The notes under the pieces are model-generated. The model ran no database searches. It was not told the origin of the DNA and saw only the letters and a list, made by a program, of their open reading frames with translations. DNA of 64,000 nt, taken from assembly GCA_009923785.1 (NCBI GenBank), contig RFSV01000003.1, positions 2,534 through 66,533 on the forward strand. Reading direction: 5' to 3'. This stretch comes from Acidimicrobiia bacterium (GTDB lineage Bacteria > Actinomycetota > Acidimicrobiia > Acidimicrobiales > Ilumatobacteraceae). A program made the position numbers and the translations under genes. Below, in pieces: positions 35,801 to 45,670 of the stretch (position 1 is its first letter; each line of letters starts with the position of its first letter).

Positions 35801-36484
35801 AACCAGCTCGTCGTAAGCCACGAGGAATTCGGCGAAATTCAGCGTGTCGGCATCGCGCAGCACCGGCACGACGAGCGTCCGCGATCCGTCGGACTTGGCC
35901 ACGTCGACGGCGAGCCCGATGTTGACGTGTTCGTGCCGTACGACGCGAGGTTTTCCGTCGGCGCCCTCGACATAGGAGCTGTTCATCACTGGTACCGCGT
36001 CGGCGATGGCCCGAACGATTGCGTAACCGATGAGGTGTGTGAACGAGACCTTGCTCAGACCGTGGCGTGACCGATATCCGTTGATCACCTGGCGATTGAC
36101 TTCGAGCAATTTCGCGGGAACGTTGCGGAAACTCGTAGCCGTCGGCACCGACAGGCTGCGCTCCATGTTGGCGACGATCGCCACTCCGGCGCCACGTATC
36201 GGCTCACCTTCGGGTGCCGTCGGTGCCGGTTGCGGGGCCGGTGCACTCGGAACCGCCGGGGCTGCGCCGTTTCTCGACTCGGCGACGGCCGCCGGGGCGG
36301 GCGTGACGGCAGGAGCCGTGGACGCCACTTCGGCCTGCGTCTTGTAGTCGGAGAAGAATTCCTGCCAGGACTCTCCGACCGACGCCGGATCGCGCCGGAA
36401 TTGTTCGAACATTTCGTCGACGAGCCAGCTGTTGGCGCCGAAATCCGTCGCCGAGTCAGGGGCTTTGGGGGCGATGTCGGTCAC
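32864..36484 (-). CDS. kgd: Multifunctional 2-oxoglutarate decarboxylase/dehydrogenase E1 with fused succinyltransferase-like domain (Kgd/OdhA type)
   Basis: 1206 aa. N-terminus FGANSWLVDEMFEQFRRDPASVGESWQEFF, an Ala/Pro linker, an E2-like acyltransferase segment (SLTNPGTIGT...YDHRIIQGAESG), and the E1o ThDP domain (HGDAAFAGQGVV..., GHNEGDDPSYTQP). Size and layout match actinobacterial Kgd/OdhA. Confidence 0.9.
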   Translation of the reverse strand: MTDIAPKAPDSATDFGANSWLVDEMFEQFRRDPASVGESWQEFFSDYKTQAEVASTAPAVTPAPAAVAESRNGAAPAVPSAPAPQPAPTAPEGEPIRGAGVAIVANMERSLSVPTATSFRNVPAKLLEVNRQVINGYRSRHGLSKVSFTHLIGYAIVRAIADAVPVMNSSYVEGADGKPRVVRHEHVNIGLAVDVAKSDGSRTLVVPVLRDADTLNFAEFLVAYDELVRKVKQNKLQVSDFQGATISLTNPGTIGTVQSVPRLMPGQGVIVGVGSIDYPAEFQGADEHTLGTLGISKVVTVTSTYDHRIIQGAESGLFLKHVHELLLGEHDFYRSVFASLGVPYEAVKWRTDHTSLDSEESMLDKQMQVATLIRVHRVRGHLIADIDPLRWKEPKMPVELDPATYGLTIWDLEREFLTGGVAGVSKMTLGDLLGVLRDAYCRTIGVEYMHIQDTEEQRWIQSHFEGVEFQLSKDEKYRVLERLNAAEAFEKFLATKYVGTKRFGLEGAESAIPILDEILSLAADDGLDSSVLGMAHRGRLNVLANVMGKSLGSLFKAFEGHVDPNTVQGSGDVKYHLGASGSHSSPRGNQIKIELASNPSHLETVDPIVLGMARAHQDQIDPPGSFPSLPILIHGDAAFAGQGVVVECLAMSDIMGYRVGGTIHLIINNQIGFTTAPQFARSSIYCSDVAKTVQAPIFHVNGDDPEACLRVARLAFEYRQRFHKDVVIDMVCYRRHGHNEGDDPSYTQPLMYKAIAEKRSVRKLYVETLVGRGDITLDEAEQALDDFQSKLQVALDETRAQAPAPTKVAKPPRPVGVLPHVETGASRAVLDRVFRQLTDYPDDFTPHPKLARQFEARSKLYEQGEVEWATGEALAIGSLVVEGYPVRLAGEDSRRGTFSHRHAALVDNENERVWIPLAELEGAQKFWVYDSLLSEYAAVGFEYGYAHSNPEALVLWEAQFGDFVNGAQIIIDQYIVAAEDKWAQRNGLVMLLPHGYEGQGPEHSSARIERFLTLCAEDNIQVVNATTAAQYFHVLRRQMHREVRKPLVIFTPKQPLRMKESRSPLSALEHGSFQEVLDDPFVADPAAVKRIVFCSGKVAWDAMSERDKRNAPVAVVRVEQLYPFPIEQMFNLLSRYPNAREVVWLQEEPSNMGPWHFVEHRVWRVKEQGYDLRHVARVASGSPATGSMTVHQQELADLMDETFAGL

Positions 36485-36538
36485 ACTCTGAACTGTACCC
36501 CTCGAGTGCGAATCGACGATGGTGATCGGTCACATGTC

Positions 36539-36552
36539 GCCCGAATTCGGGC
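36539..36552. repeat. Perfect 14-bp palindrome gcccgaattcgggc in the kgd / cupredoxin divergent intergenic region
   Basis: Read directly. 55 nt upstream of the kgd GTG (36484) and 46 nt upstream of the cupredoxin ATG (36598). Function unknown: candidate operator or RNA hairpin. Confidence 0.5.
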
Positions 36553-36597
36553 CGATTGCGATGGTCCGAGCCGACGAGTGACGGGTACATTCGGCTC

Positions 36598-36969
36598 ATG
36601 ATCCCCCGCACCTTGTTGGTTCTCCCCTTCTTCGCCCTCGCCGCCTGCGGCGGTAGCGGCGAGACCGTCGAGACCGTTGTTCCCGACGGCACCGATCTGG
36701 TCGTGAAGGCCGTCCCGACGATCCGCTGGGACTCCTCGTCGTATACCGCCCCAGCTGGCGAGATCGACGTGTTCCTCGCCAACGACGACAACGTGAAGCA
36801 CAACCTCGTGGTGCTGCAGGACGACAAGGTGGTGGGCGACCTCGAACTCGAGGTCAACAAGAAGGGCGATACCGCTTCCGGCACGATCACGCTCGAAGCG
36901 GGCCAGTACTACATCTACTGCACCGTGCCCGGCCACGGCAGCATGAAGTCGACGCTCACTGTCTCGTAA
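36598..36969 (+). CDS. Cupredoxin (plastocyanin/azurin-like) lipoprotein
   Basis: ORF trimmed to ATG 36598: MIPRTLLVLPFFALAACGGSG (lipobox). VKHNLVV (His ligand region) and YYIYCTVPGHGSMKSTLTV (type-1 copper C-x2-H-x2-M ligand set). Confidence 0.75.
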   Translation: MIPRTLLVLPFFALAACGGSGETVETVVPDGTDLVVKAVPTIRWDSSSYTAPAGEIDVFLANDDNVKHNLVVLQDDKVVGDLELEVNKKGDTASGTITLEAGQYYIYCTVPGHGSMKSTLTVS

Positions 36970-36993
36970 CAGGTCTCTCGAGCCCGGGCGCGA

Positions 36994-37019
36994 CAGTGGC
37001 CGCCTCGCGGCGGCCACTG
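36994..37019. terminator. Putative bidirectional terminator hairpin (11-bp GC-rich stem, 4-nt loop), no U-tract
   Basis: cagtggccgcc tcgc ggcggccactg, a perfect stem. Lies in the 76-nt gap between the convergent cupredoxin and membrane-protein genes. Confidence 0.5.
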
Positions 37020-37045
37020 CACGATGAACTGAAGTCGTCGAAGGA

Positions 37046-37804
37046 TCAGGCCTTCAGGAAGATCTCCGTCAAGATGTAGAGAACGACCCACAGGCCGATC
37101 GCCGTGTAGATGGCGTTCTTGTGGCTCTCGAACGGCCAGAGCAACTTGTTGGTCGCCGCCGTTCCACCGATCTTGCCAAGAGCGAGCAATTCGAAGATTG
37201 CGCCGATCACGACGGCGATGATCACGAAGGTCCAGGACTTTCCGGCCGAATCTCCGTCGAAGAGCGGACCGAAGAAGTGCGACGCCCCGACCATGAAGAA
37301 CAACATGCTGAGCGAGTAGATGGTGTTCATGCGGCTGGCGAGCAGAGCCTTGCGGCCAGCGCCGGCTGCGGCCGGATCGGCCTCACCGCCACCGAGGACG
37401 TTCACTGCGTTGGCCAGAACCACTCGCTGAGCGGGCCAGATGACCATCCAGACGTTGGCAGCCATGGTGATGCCGAACAGCATGCCGACGAGGATCGCCG
37501 AGTTGTGCGGAAGGCTGTAGGCCGAGTCCTCACTCATGAACCCCTGCATGTAGTTCTCGGTCACGCCGATGATGAGCAAACCGAGCACGAGCGTGGCCAG
37601 GGCCGCCCAGCGGAACCACCACAGAGCGCGGCGAGCGACCTTGTCGATGGCGATGTTGCGAGCCTTGCCCTCGTCACCGAAACCGGCGAAGGCCGGAACC
37701 TGCACGAAGTTGAAGTAGTACAAGAGACCGATCCAGGTGATACCGGCCAGGACGTGCAGCCAGCGCATAGCGAAGGCCAGTCCTTCTTGATTGAAAATTT
37801 CCAT
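37046..37804 (-). CDS. Integral membrane protein resembling the membrane domain of urate hydroxylase PuuD-type proteins; no cytochrome c module
   Basis: ORF trimmed to ATG (complement 37802-37804): MEIFNQEGLAFAMRWLHVLAGITWIGLLYYFNFVQVPAF.... About 6 TM helices, no Cys at all, hence no CxxCH. The family assignment is from memory of the WLH.LAGI.WIG.LYYFNFVQ motif. Confidence 0.55.
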   Translation of the reverse strand: MEIFNQEGLAFAMRWLHVLAGITWIGLLYYFNFVQVPAFAGFGDEGKARNIAIDKVARRALWWFRWAALATLVLGLLIIGVTENYMQGFMSEDSAYSLPHNSAILVGMLFGITMAANVWMVIWPAQRVVLANAVNVLGGGEADPAAAGAGRKALLASRMNTIYSLSMLFFMVGASHFFGPLFDGDSAGKSWTFVIIAVVIGAIFELLALGKIGGTAATNKLLWPFESHKNAIYTAIGLWVVLYILTEIFLKA

Positions 37805-37944
37805 GTGATCCTCCTCACAGAGTTGCGGCACGAGTCGCGAACCCCTTCACCGTACCAATCGGGAACAGCGCGGTGGTGAAACGGTGATTCGACCGGCCCT
37901 CATGACCTGCCAGAAGCCGAGCGTCCACCACTAGTCTCACGACA

Positions 37945-39621
<1,677 letters not shown>

Positions 39622-39623
39622 AC

Positions 39624-39941
39624 ATGAAGTCACCACTCGTCACCGGCATCCGCATCGCCTCAGCGGTCGTGTTCGTGGCGTCGATCGTCGGCCTGATCGT
39701 GACGTCGATCAACGGAAACAACGAAGGTTGGGTCCTCACGATCGGCATGGTGAGTGCCGTGACGGCGATCCTCCTCATCGTCACCTCTGCCGTCGCATCC
39801 ACACGACGTATCCCCGTGTTCGTGGATGCCGATGCCGAACTCGTCGAGATGCGCGTGAGAGAACTGGTCGATAGTGGAGCCGACGAACATCTCGTTCGCG
39901 AACTCGTGAAGCTGTCGGTCAAGTTGGGTCGAGGTTCGTGA
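39624..39941 (+). CDS. Small membrane protein (105 aa, 2 TM), hypothetical
   Basis: ORF 39549..39941 trimmed to ATG 39624, 2 nt after the ettA stop: MKSPLVTGIRIASAVVFVASIVGLIVTSINGNNEGWVLTIGMVSAVTAILLIVTSAV.... The stop overlaps the cysQ GTG (GTGA). Confidence 0.5.
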   Translation: MKSPLVTGIRIASAVVFVASIVGLIVTSINGNNEGWVLTIGMVSAVTAILLIVTSAVASTRRIPVFVDADAELVEMRVRELVDSGADEHLVRELVKLSVKLGRGS

Positions 39942-40702
39942 GCACCTCTTCTTCTGGCGAATCCGACCAGCAGATCGCCACCCGGGTCGCCACCGACGCC
40001 GGCGTGATGCTCGTCGCGTTGCGCGAGGACCTCGACGCTCGGGGCACCCATTACTGGGACATGAAGGACGAAGGCGACGTCGCCGGACATCGGTTCATCA
40101 TCGACGCGCTCCGTCAGGCCCGACCTGACGACGTGATCCTCTCCGAAGAAGGCAACGACGATCGCCGCCGACTGTCGGCCGAGAGGGTCTGGATCGTCGA
40201 TCCGATCGACGGAACGAGTGAGTTCGCCGAGCCGCCAAGGTGGGACTGGGCCGTGCACATCGCTCTCTGGGAGCGGGGCGAACTGACCGCCGGCGCGGTC
40301 GCTATGCCGTCGCTCGGCCGTACCTTCGCCGTCGATCCGCCCGAAGTCCTCCCGCCGTACGAGCGCGAACAACCGATCCTCGTGACCTCGCGCAATCGCA
40401 ACACCTACGCGGCCGTCGCCGTTGCCCGGTCACTCGATTGCCTGGTGGGACGACTCGGATCGGCCGGTGCCAAGACGATGGCCGTCGTCATGGGTGAGGC
40501 CGACGTCTACGTACACGACGGCGGCATGTACCAATGGGACACCGCCGCCCCAGCCGCCGTGGCCGCGGCCGCTGGATTGCACGTCAGTCGAATCGACGGT
40601 TCACCACTCGTCTACAACCGACCCGACCTCTGGCTTCCCGACTTCCTGGTGTGCCGCCGCGAGATCGCCGACGCCACCCTGAGCGCTCTCACGGGAGGCT
40701 GA
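39938..40702 (+). CDS. cysQ: Inositol monophosphatase family protein / 3'(2'),5'-bisphosphate nucleotidase CysQ-like
   Basis: 254 aa: LSEEG, WIVDPIDGTSEF (IMPase metal-binding motif), YQWDTAAPAAVAAAAG (WD motif). Confidence 0.75.
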   Translation: MSTSSSGESDQQIATRVATDAGVMLVALREDLDARGTHYWDMKDEGDVAGHRFIIDALRQARPDDVILSEEGNDDRRRLSAERVWIVDPIDGTSEFAEPPRWDWAVHIALWERGELTAGAVAMPSLGRTFAVDPPEVLPPYEREQPILVTSRNRNTYAAVAVARSLDCLVGRLGSAGAKTMAVVMGEADVYVHDGGMYQWDTAAPAAVAAAAGLHVSRIDGSPLVYNRPDLWLPDFLVCRREIADATLSALTGG

Positions 40703-42335
40703 CCACTGTCACGGTCGCCGTTGCTCCATCGACGGTGACCACCGCCCCGTCGGGAATTCGTTCGGTTGCGTCGGTCACGCTCACCACACACGGAATGCCG
40801 AGCTCACGACTCACGATCACGGCATGACTCACGAGCGCGCCCACGTTCACCACGACGGCACCGGCTGGCACGAAGAGTGGCGTCCACGCCGGATCGGTGA
40901 TGGGCGCAATGAGAACCTCGCCAGGCTCGAGGGCGAACGGATCGGCGGGGTCGAGAACCACCCGGGCACGACCCGTATACGTACCCGGGGCTCCCGACAT
41001 CCCGGTCAGGACGTCACCGGCTCGAACCCTTTCGGTCTCGACCGAACCCTTGCGCTTCCAGTGCGTCAGCGGTGGAGCGGAACCGTTCACGATGAAGGGA
41101 GGTTCGAGTTGGAACAGGTCGAGGTATTGACGTTCACGTTGCGCCAAACGGGCTCGGAAATCATCGGGTGACGCAACGAACGCGTCGAGTTCGTCGGCGA
41201 GCAGCATGCATATCTCCGAAGACGTGTAGCCCGTTCGCGCCGCGAGGGCATGCGCGGCCATGCGCACCTCGTGCAGAACCTTGATGATGTTCGTTTTCGC
41301 GCGCTCGCGACCAGCGAGATGCAGATGCGCCGATCGCAAGGCCATGTCGAATTGAGCGAGCACCTCGGGCTGGCCAGCCAGCGCAGCCCTCACCTTGGCT
41401 TCGGCCGCCTCGCGAGCGCGCGTATTGCGGTCGTTGCGGATGGTGGGACTTTCGCCGTCCGGCGCGGCGCGCATGGCATCGATCAAGGCTTCGGCGAGCG
41501 CCGGCTTGGTCTCCCAGGTATGCGACCTGATGTCCCATTCGTTGGGTCCGCGACTTCCGAAATTCTCCACGAACGTCGCGAACCCGGATGCGTACTCGGT
41601 CGACGACTTGTCGAGCCGGGAGAGTTTCCACATCGCATTGCTCGGAGCCGCCGAGTCGACGTCACCAATACTCGTGATGAGCGTCAACACCAGACCGGGA
41701 TCACCCAGTGCTTCGGCGATCGCTCCGAGGGCACCCGGTCCGATCGACGTGGCCGCCGTCATCAATAGGTGGTGTTCGAACATGCGGCGTAGTAGTGGCG
41801 TGAACGACGTCATTCGCGCCACGAGGGCCGCTTCATCGAGATCGGCGAGGTGTGGTCGCGAGGCACGAGCCGACGCCGCCAAGTCACGGTCCTCTCGAAG
41901 GATCGGCAAGTCGTCGGCCGTCATCACTCCCATCATCCAGGCGCCCAACTTTGCGGTGTTTCCCTCGCTCTCGTGCCACGGTTCGGGAACGTACGGCGGA
42001 ACGTCGGGATGGGTGCCGAAGTAGGTCGCGTCGATCAACTCAGGTCCGAGACCCGGACCGCGGACTCCGAACAGCCGCGCCATCGACGCATTGATGTAGA
42101 GGTATCCGCCAAAATTGCCGATGACTTCGGGTCGACGAGTGTCGATCTCGTCTTCGTCGCACGTTCCGGCCGCGATCTGGCTGTCGCGCCAACCCATGAG
42201 AATTCCCGGCTCCCAGGCCACGGTCCAGCACAAGGGGCTACACGGGTCGGGCAGAACCTCTCCGGCATTGGCCCGGGTGTACACCGGAAAACGCGGACTC
42301 GGATCCCAATCGGTGATCCAACGATCGACGGACAT
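40689..42335 (-). CDS. PEP-utilising enzyme family protein (C-terminal swivel phosphohistidine domain; N-terminal region not recognisably ATP-grasp)
   Basis: 548 aa. C-terminus GEVLIAPITDPAWTPLFVPAGAVVVNVGALVSHAVIVSRELGIPCVVSV is the PEP-utilisers mobile-domain pattern with a His candidate. N-terminus TRANAGEVLPDPCSPLCW. Convergent 14-nt overlap with cysQ. Confidence 0.7.
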   Translation of the reverse strand: MSVDRWITDWDPSPRFPVYTRANAGEVLPDPCSPLCWTVAWEPGILMGWRDSQIAAGTCDEDEIDTRRPEVIGNFGGYLYINASMARLFGVRGPGLGPELIDATYFGTHPDVPPYVPEPWHESEGNTAKLGAWMMGVMTADDLPILREDRDLAASARASRPHLADLDEAALVARMTSFTPLLRRMFEHHLLMTAATSIGPGALGAIAEALGDPGLVLTLITSIGDVDSAAPSNAMWKLSRLDKSSTEYASGFATFVENFGSRGPNEWDIRSHTWETKPALAEALIDAMRAAPDGESPTIRNDRNTRAREAAEAKVRAALAGQPEVLAQFDMALRSAHLHLAGRERAKTNIIKVLHEVRMAAHALAARTGYTSSEICMLLADELDAFVASPDDFRARLAQRERQYLDLFQLEPPFIVNGSAPPLTHWKRKGSVETERVRAGDVLTGMSGAPGTYTGRARVVLDPADPFALEPGEVLIAPITDPAWTPLFVPAGAVVVNVGALVSHAVIVSRELGIPCVVSVTDATERIPDGAVVTVDGATATVTVVSLP

Positions 42336-42450
42336 GGCTCCCCCTTCGTCATCGAGGCACCCCCGCGCCTCGGCGATGCCTGGACATTAGTCACCTGGCC
42401 GACCCCGCTTTCGATGCGACAGGGCGCAACACCCCCGGCAGACTCGAGTC

Positions 42451-44058
42451 GTGAGCATCTCCCCCGACACGCGCTCCTCCGATCTCACGTGGGGTGCTTT
42501 CACCGAGAACGGACCGTGGAACGTCGATCGCGCCGACCTCGCGTGGTCGAGTGGAATCGACGAACTCCGACGCCGAGCCCGTGCTGACGTCCCGATCCTC
42601 ACGAAAGCCGGACGCATCCCGCCTGGTTCGCGCGTCGTCACCGTGGGTCGCCACATCGTGGGTGCTCTCGGCGGCTGGTACGTGGCCAAGAAGCGGGGGC
42701 GCTTCGCCGATCAGTCGGCGAGTCGCGCTGAGCTCTCCTTGCGTCTGAGACGAGCGGTCGAGACCCTCGGACCCACGTACATCAAATTGGGACAGATCAT
42801 CTCGTCAGGTGAAGGGTTGTTCCCGTCCGAGCTGGTCGATCAATTCAAGCTGTGCCGCGACCGAGTACCCGCCGAACCGTTCTCCACCGTGCGACTGACT
42901 GTCGAGTCCGACTTAGGAGCGCGACTCGGGGACATATTCGAATGGTTCGACGAGACGCCACTTGCTGCCGCCTCGATCGCCCAGGTCCACGCGGCCCGCC
43001 TGCGCACCGGCGAAGACGTGGTCGTCAAGGTCCAACGGCCCGATGTGGCATCGCTCGTTCGTCGTGACCTCCGAGTCATGTCATACATCGCTCCGCATCT
43101 CGTCGGACGGATTCCCGTGGCCGCCCTCGCCAATCCTCCGGCACTCGTCGAACTCTTCGCCGAGACGATCGTCGAAGAACTCGACTTCCGACTCGAAGCG
43201 TCCAACATGATCGACGTCGCCGCCACGTTGCGCGATCTGGGCCAAGAGGGTTACGTCATCCCTCGTCCCCACCCACGTCTTGTCACTCGACGCGTTCTCG
43301 TCATGGAACGATTGTCGGGTTTCAACTTCGACGACGTCGTCGGAATGAAGGATGCCGGGATCGACACCGAGAACGTGATCCGAACCGGAATGATCGCGTT
43401 CATGGAAGGTGCCATGATCCACGGCATCTTCCATGGCGATCTACACGGTGGCAACCTTTTCGTTCTGCCTGACGGACGAACGGCACTACTCGACTTCGGA
43501 ATCGTGGCCCGGCTCTCGCACGAACGTCGACTGGCGTTCCTACGTCTCATGCTGAGCGCGACCACCAATGACATGACCGGGCAGATGGCTGCACTTCGCG
43601 ACCTTGGCGCACTACCTCCCGACACCGATCTGGCGGCAGTCATCTCCGATCTACGACTCGATCAGGCCACCATCGATCCCACCTCACTCACGGGTGAGGA
43701 GATGGTCGCCGAGGTACAACGCGTGGTGAAGGCCCTTCTTGGCTACGGCGCCCGACTTCCGAAAGAACTCATGCTCTACGTCAAGAACATGGTGTTCCTC
43801 GACGGTGCCATCTCACGACTCGCACCCGAACTCGACATTCTCGGTGAGGTCGCCAACATCTCCATGCTCTTCGCACAGCGGCACGGTGAACGCCTTGGTC
43901 GCGAGTTGGGGGTCGATCCCAACGCAGTCGAGTTCGACATGACCGGAGTCAAGGCCAGTCTCGGACTCGAGGACGACGTCAACCGCATCACGTATCGGGA
44001 ACTCCAAGCCCGCCGCGACTTGATCCAAAAGCGCATGCGCGAACACGTCGGTCGCTGA
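42451..44058 (+). CDS. ABC1/UbiB-family atypical kinase
   Basis: 535 aa, GTG start. LGPTYIKLGQIISSGEGLFP, AAASIAQVHAARL, VVVKVQRP, HGDLHGGNLFV (ABC1/ADCK motifs). Confidence 0.85.
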   Translation: MSISPDTRSSDLTWGAFTENGPWNVDRADLAWSSGIDELRRRARADVPILTKAGRIPPGSRVVTVGRHIVGALGGWYVAKKRGRFADQSASRAELSLRLRRAVETLGPTYIKLGQIISSGEGLFPSELVDQFKLCRDRVPAEPFSTVRLTVESDLGARLGDIFEWFDETPLAAASIAQVHAARLRTGEDVVVKVQRPDVASLVRRDLRVMSYIAPHLVGRIPVAALANPPALVELFAETIVEELDFRLEASNMIDVAATLRDLGQEGYVIPRPHPRLVTRRVLVMERLSGFNFDDVVGMKDAGIDTENVIRTGMIAFMEGAMIHGIFHGDLHGGNLFVLPDGRTALLDFGIVARLSHERRLAFLRLMLSATTNDMTGQMAALRDLGALPPDTDLAAVISDLRLDQATIDPTSLTGEEMVAEVQRVVKALLGYGARLPKELMLYVKNMVFLDGAISRLAPELDILGEVANISMLFAQRHGERLGRELGVDPNAVEFDMTGVKASLGLEDDVNRITYRELQARRDLIQKRMREHVGR

Positions 44059-44112
44059 GCGACGACGGACGACGTGAACTGTGGGTGGGGCGACCACTAG
44101 GGTCGCTTCGTC

Positions 44113-44772
44113 ATGCGACTCGTCATCGCTCGTTGCACCGTGCAGTACCAGGGTCGACTCGACGCCCAGTTGCCCGAGGCCAACCGACTCATCATGATCA
44201 AAGCCGACGGCTGCGTCGCGATCCACAGTGATGGAGGCGCCTACAAGCCTCTCAATTGGATGAATGCCCCCAACACCATCGTCGACGACGGTGACACGTG
44301 GACGGTCAGCAATCCGAAGGGCGAGATCCTCGTGATCTCTTTCCACGAGATCTTCCACGACTCCGACCACGAGCTCGGCGAGGATCCCGGGCTCGTGAAG
44401 GACGGTGTCGAGTCACATCTACAGGAGCTCCTCGCCGCCCTCCCGGACGCAATCGTGCCCGGACTGTCACTCGTGCGGCGCGAATGGCCCACATCGATCG
44501 GTCCGGTCGACCTCATGTGCCGCGACGAGAACGGCCATTACGTCGCGATCGAGATCAAACGGCGGGGCGAGATCGACGGGGTCGAGCAACTCGCTCGCTA
44601 CCTCGAGGTGCTCCGACCCGACACGACTCTCACAAATTTGCGCGGCATCTTCGTGGCCCAGGTGATCAAACCGCAGGCGCGCACCATCGCCGAAGCCCGA
44701 GGGATCGCGTGTGTCGAGGTCGACTACGACGATCTGCGCGGCCGGCGCCCCGAAGAACTCAGGCTGTTCTGA
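44113..44772 (+). CDS. nucS: Endonuclease NucS (EndoMS, non-canonical mismatch repair)
   Basis: 219 aa: [16 protein letters not shown]...[12 protein letters not shown]...[31 protein letters not shown] (RecB-like nuclease D...E.K), with a C-terminal clamp-binding-like tail. Confidence 0.9.
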   Translation: MRLVIARCTVQYQGRLDAQLPEANRLIMIKADGCVAIHSDGGAYKPLNWMNAPNTIVDDGDTWTVSNPKGEILVISFHEIFHDSDHELGEDPGLVKDGVESHLQELLAALPDAIVPGLSLVRREWPTSIGPVDLMCRDENGHYVAIEIKRRGEIDGVEQLARYLEVLRPDTTLTNLRGIFVAQVIKPQARTIAEARGIACVEVDYDDLRGRRPEELRLF

Positions 44773-44775
44773 TGT

Positions 44776-45627
44776 TCAGGAGAAGCGCACCAAGCCCTGG
44801 TCGATGACAGCCTTGTCACCGACCGAGGTGGTGAACACGGCTTCGCCGGCCGAGGTGCGCCAGATCCGAACCGTGAGGGCGTCTCCGGGCATCACCGGCG
44901 ACGAGAATCGCCCTTCGATGTGGTGGAAGCGACTCACGTCATCGTCGCACAACGCCTTCAACAATGCACGGCCGGTGAACCCGTAGGTGCACAGACCATG
45001 GAGGATCGGCCGGTCGAAACCACCGAGAGCAGCGAACGACGGATCGGTGTGCAGCGGGTTGCGATCGCCCGACAGGCGATAGACGAAGGCCTGATCGGGT
45101 GAGGTCTGCATGGTGATCTCGTGATCGGGAGCCGATGCCGGGGGTTCGTTCTGCGGACCCGAGGGTCCGCGATCGCCACCCCAGCCACCTTCACCGCGGA
45201 TGAACACCGACGAACGAGTCGTGAAGAGCGGCTCGCCGTCGGCCGTCTTGACCTCGGACTCGGTCACGACCACCGCGGCTTTGCCCTTGTCGTACATCGC
45301 GACGACCTTGTCCTGGGTGGTGGCATTGGCATCGACCGGAATCGGGCGATGCAACGTGACGGCCTGCGATCCGTGGACGAGCATCGCCCAGTTGAACGTT
45401 CCGATCTCACCCATCGCACTCTTGCCTGGTGACGCGGTGCCCGAACCGGCCACTACGGCGAACGTGGGGAACACGACTTGATCGACACCTGAGGTGTTCT
45501 CGGTGGTGAACGCGAGGTCGGCCGATCCGGCTCCGATTCCGACTGCGTACAGGAGCGCATCCTTGGAATTCCACGAAATCGTGCGAACGTCTCCGGTGGC
45601 TCCGACGGCATCTGGGTTCAACGGCAT
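44776..45627 (-). CDS. MaoC-like (R)-specific enoyl-CoA hydratase, double-hotdog (MFE-2 hydratase-2 like)
   Basis: 283 aa. YRLSGDRNPLHTDPSFAALGGFDRPILHGLCTYG (hydratase-2 motif) in the C-terminal half, with a degenerate hotdog in the N-terminal half. Confidence 0.8.
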   Translation of the reverse strand: MPLNPDAVGATGDVRTISWNSKDALLYAVGIGAGSADLAFTTENTSGVDQVVFPTFAVVAGSGTASPGKSAMGEIGTFNWAMLVHGSQAVTLHRPIPVDANATTQDKVVAMYDKGKAAVVVTESEVKTADGEPLFTTRSSVFIRGEGGWGGDRGPSGPQNEPPASAPDHEITMQTSPDQAFVYRLSGDRNPLHTDPSFAALGGFDRPILHGLCTYGFTGRALLKALCDDDVSRFHHIEGRFSSPVMPGDALTVRIWRTSAGEAVFTTSVGDKAVIDQGLVRFS

Positions 45628-45670
45628 GTCACTGTCTCCTTCGTTGATGACTGACTTAGGTGGGTGAACA

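Noticed and set aside
34634-36070. 478-aa plus-strand ORF inside kgd. Similar long antisense or off-frame ORFs occur at 208-1377, 8726-10024, 52512-53912, 56655-57980 and 60944-62317.
   Set aside because: All lie entirely within strongly supported genes on the other strand or in another frame. They have Arg/Gly/Asp/His-biased low-information sequence and lack motifs, so they are GC-skew artefacts.
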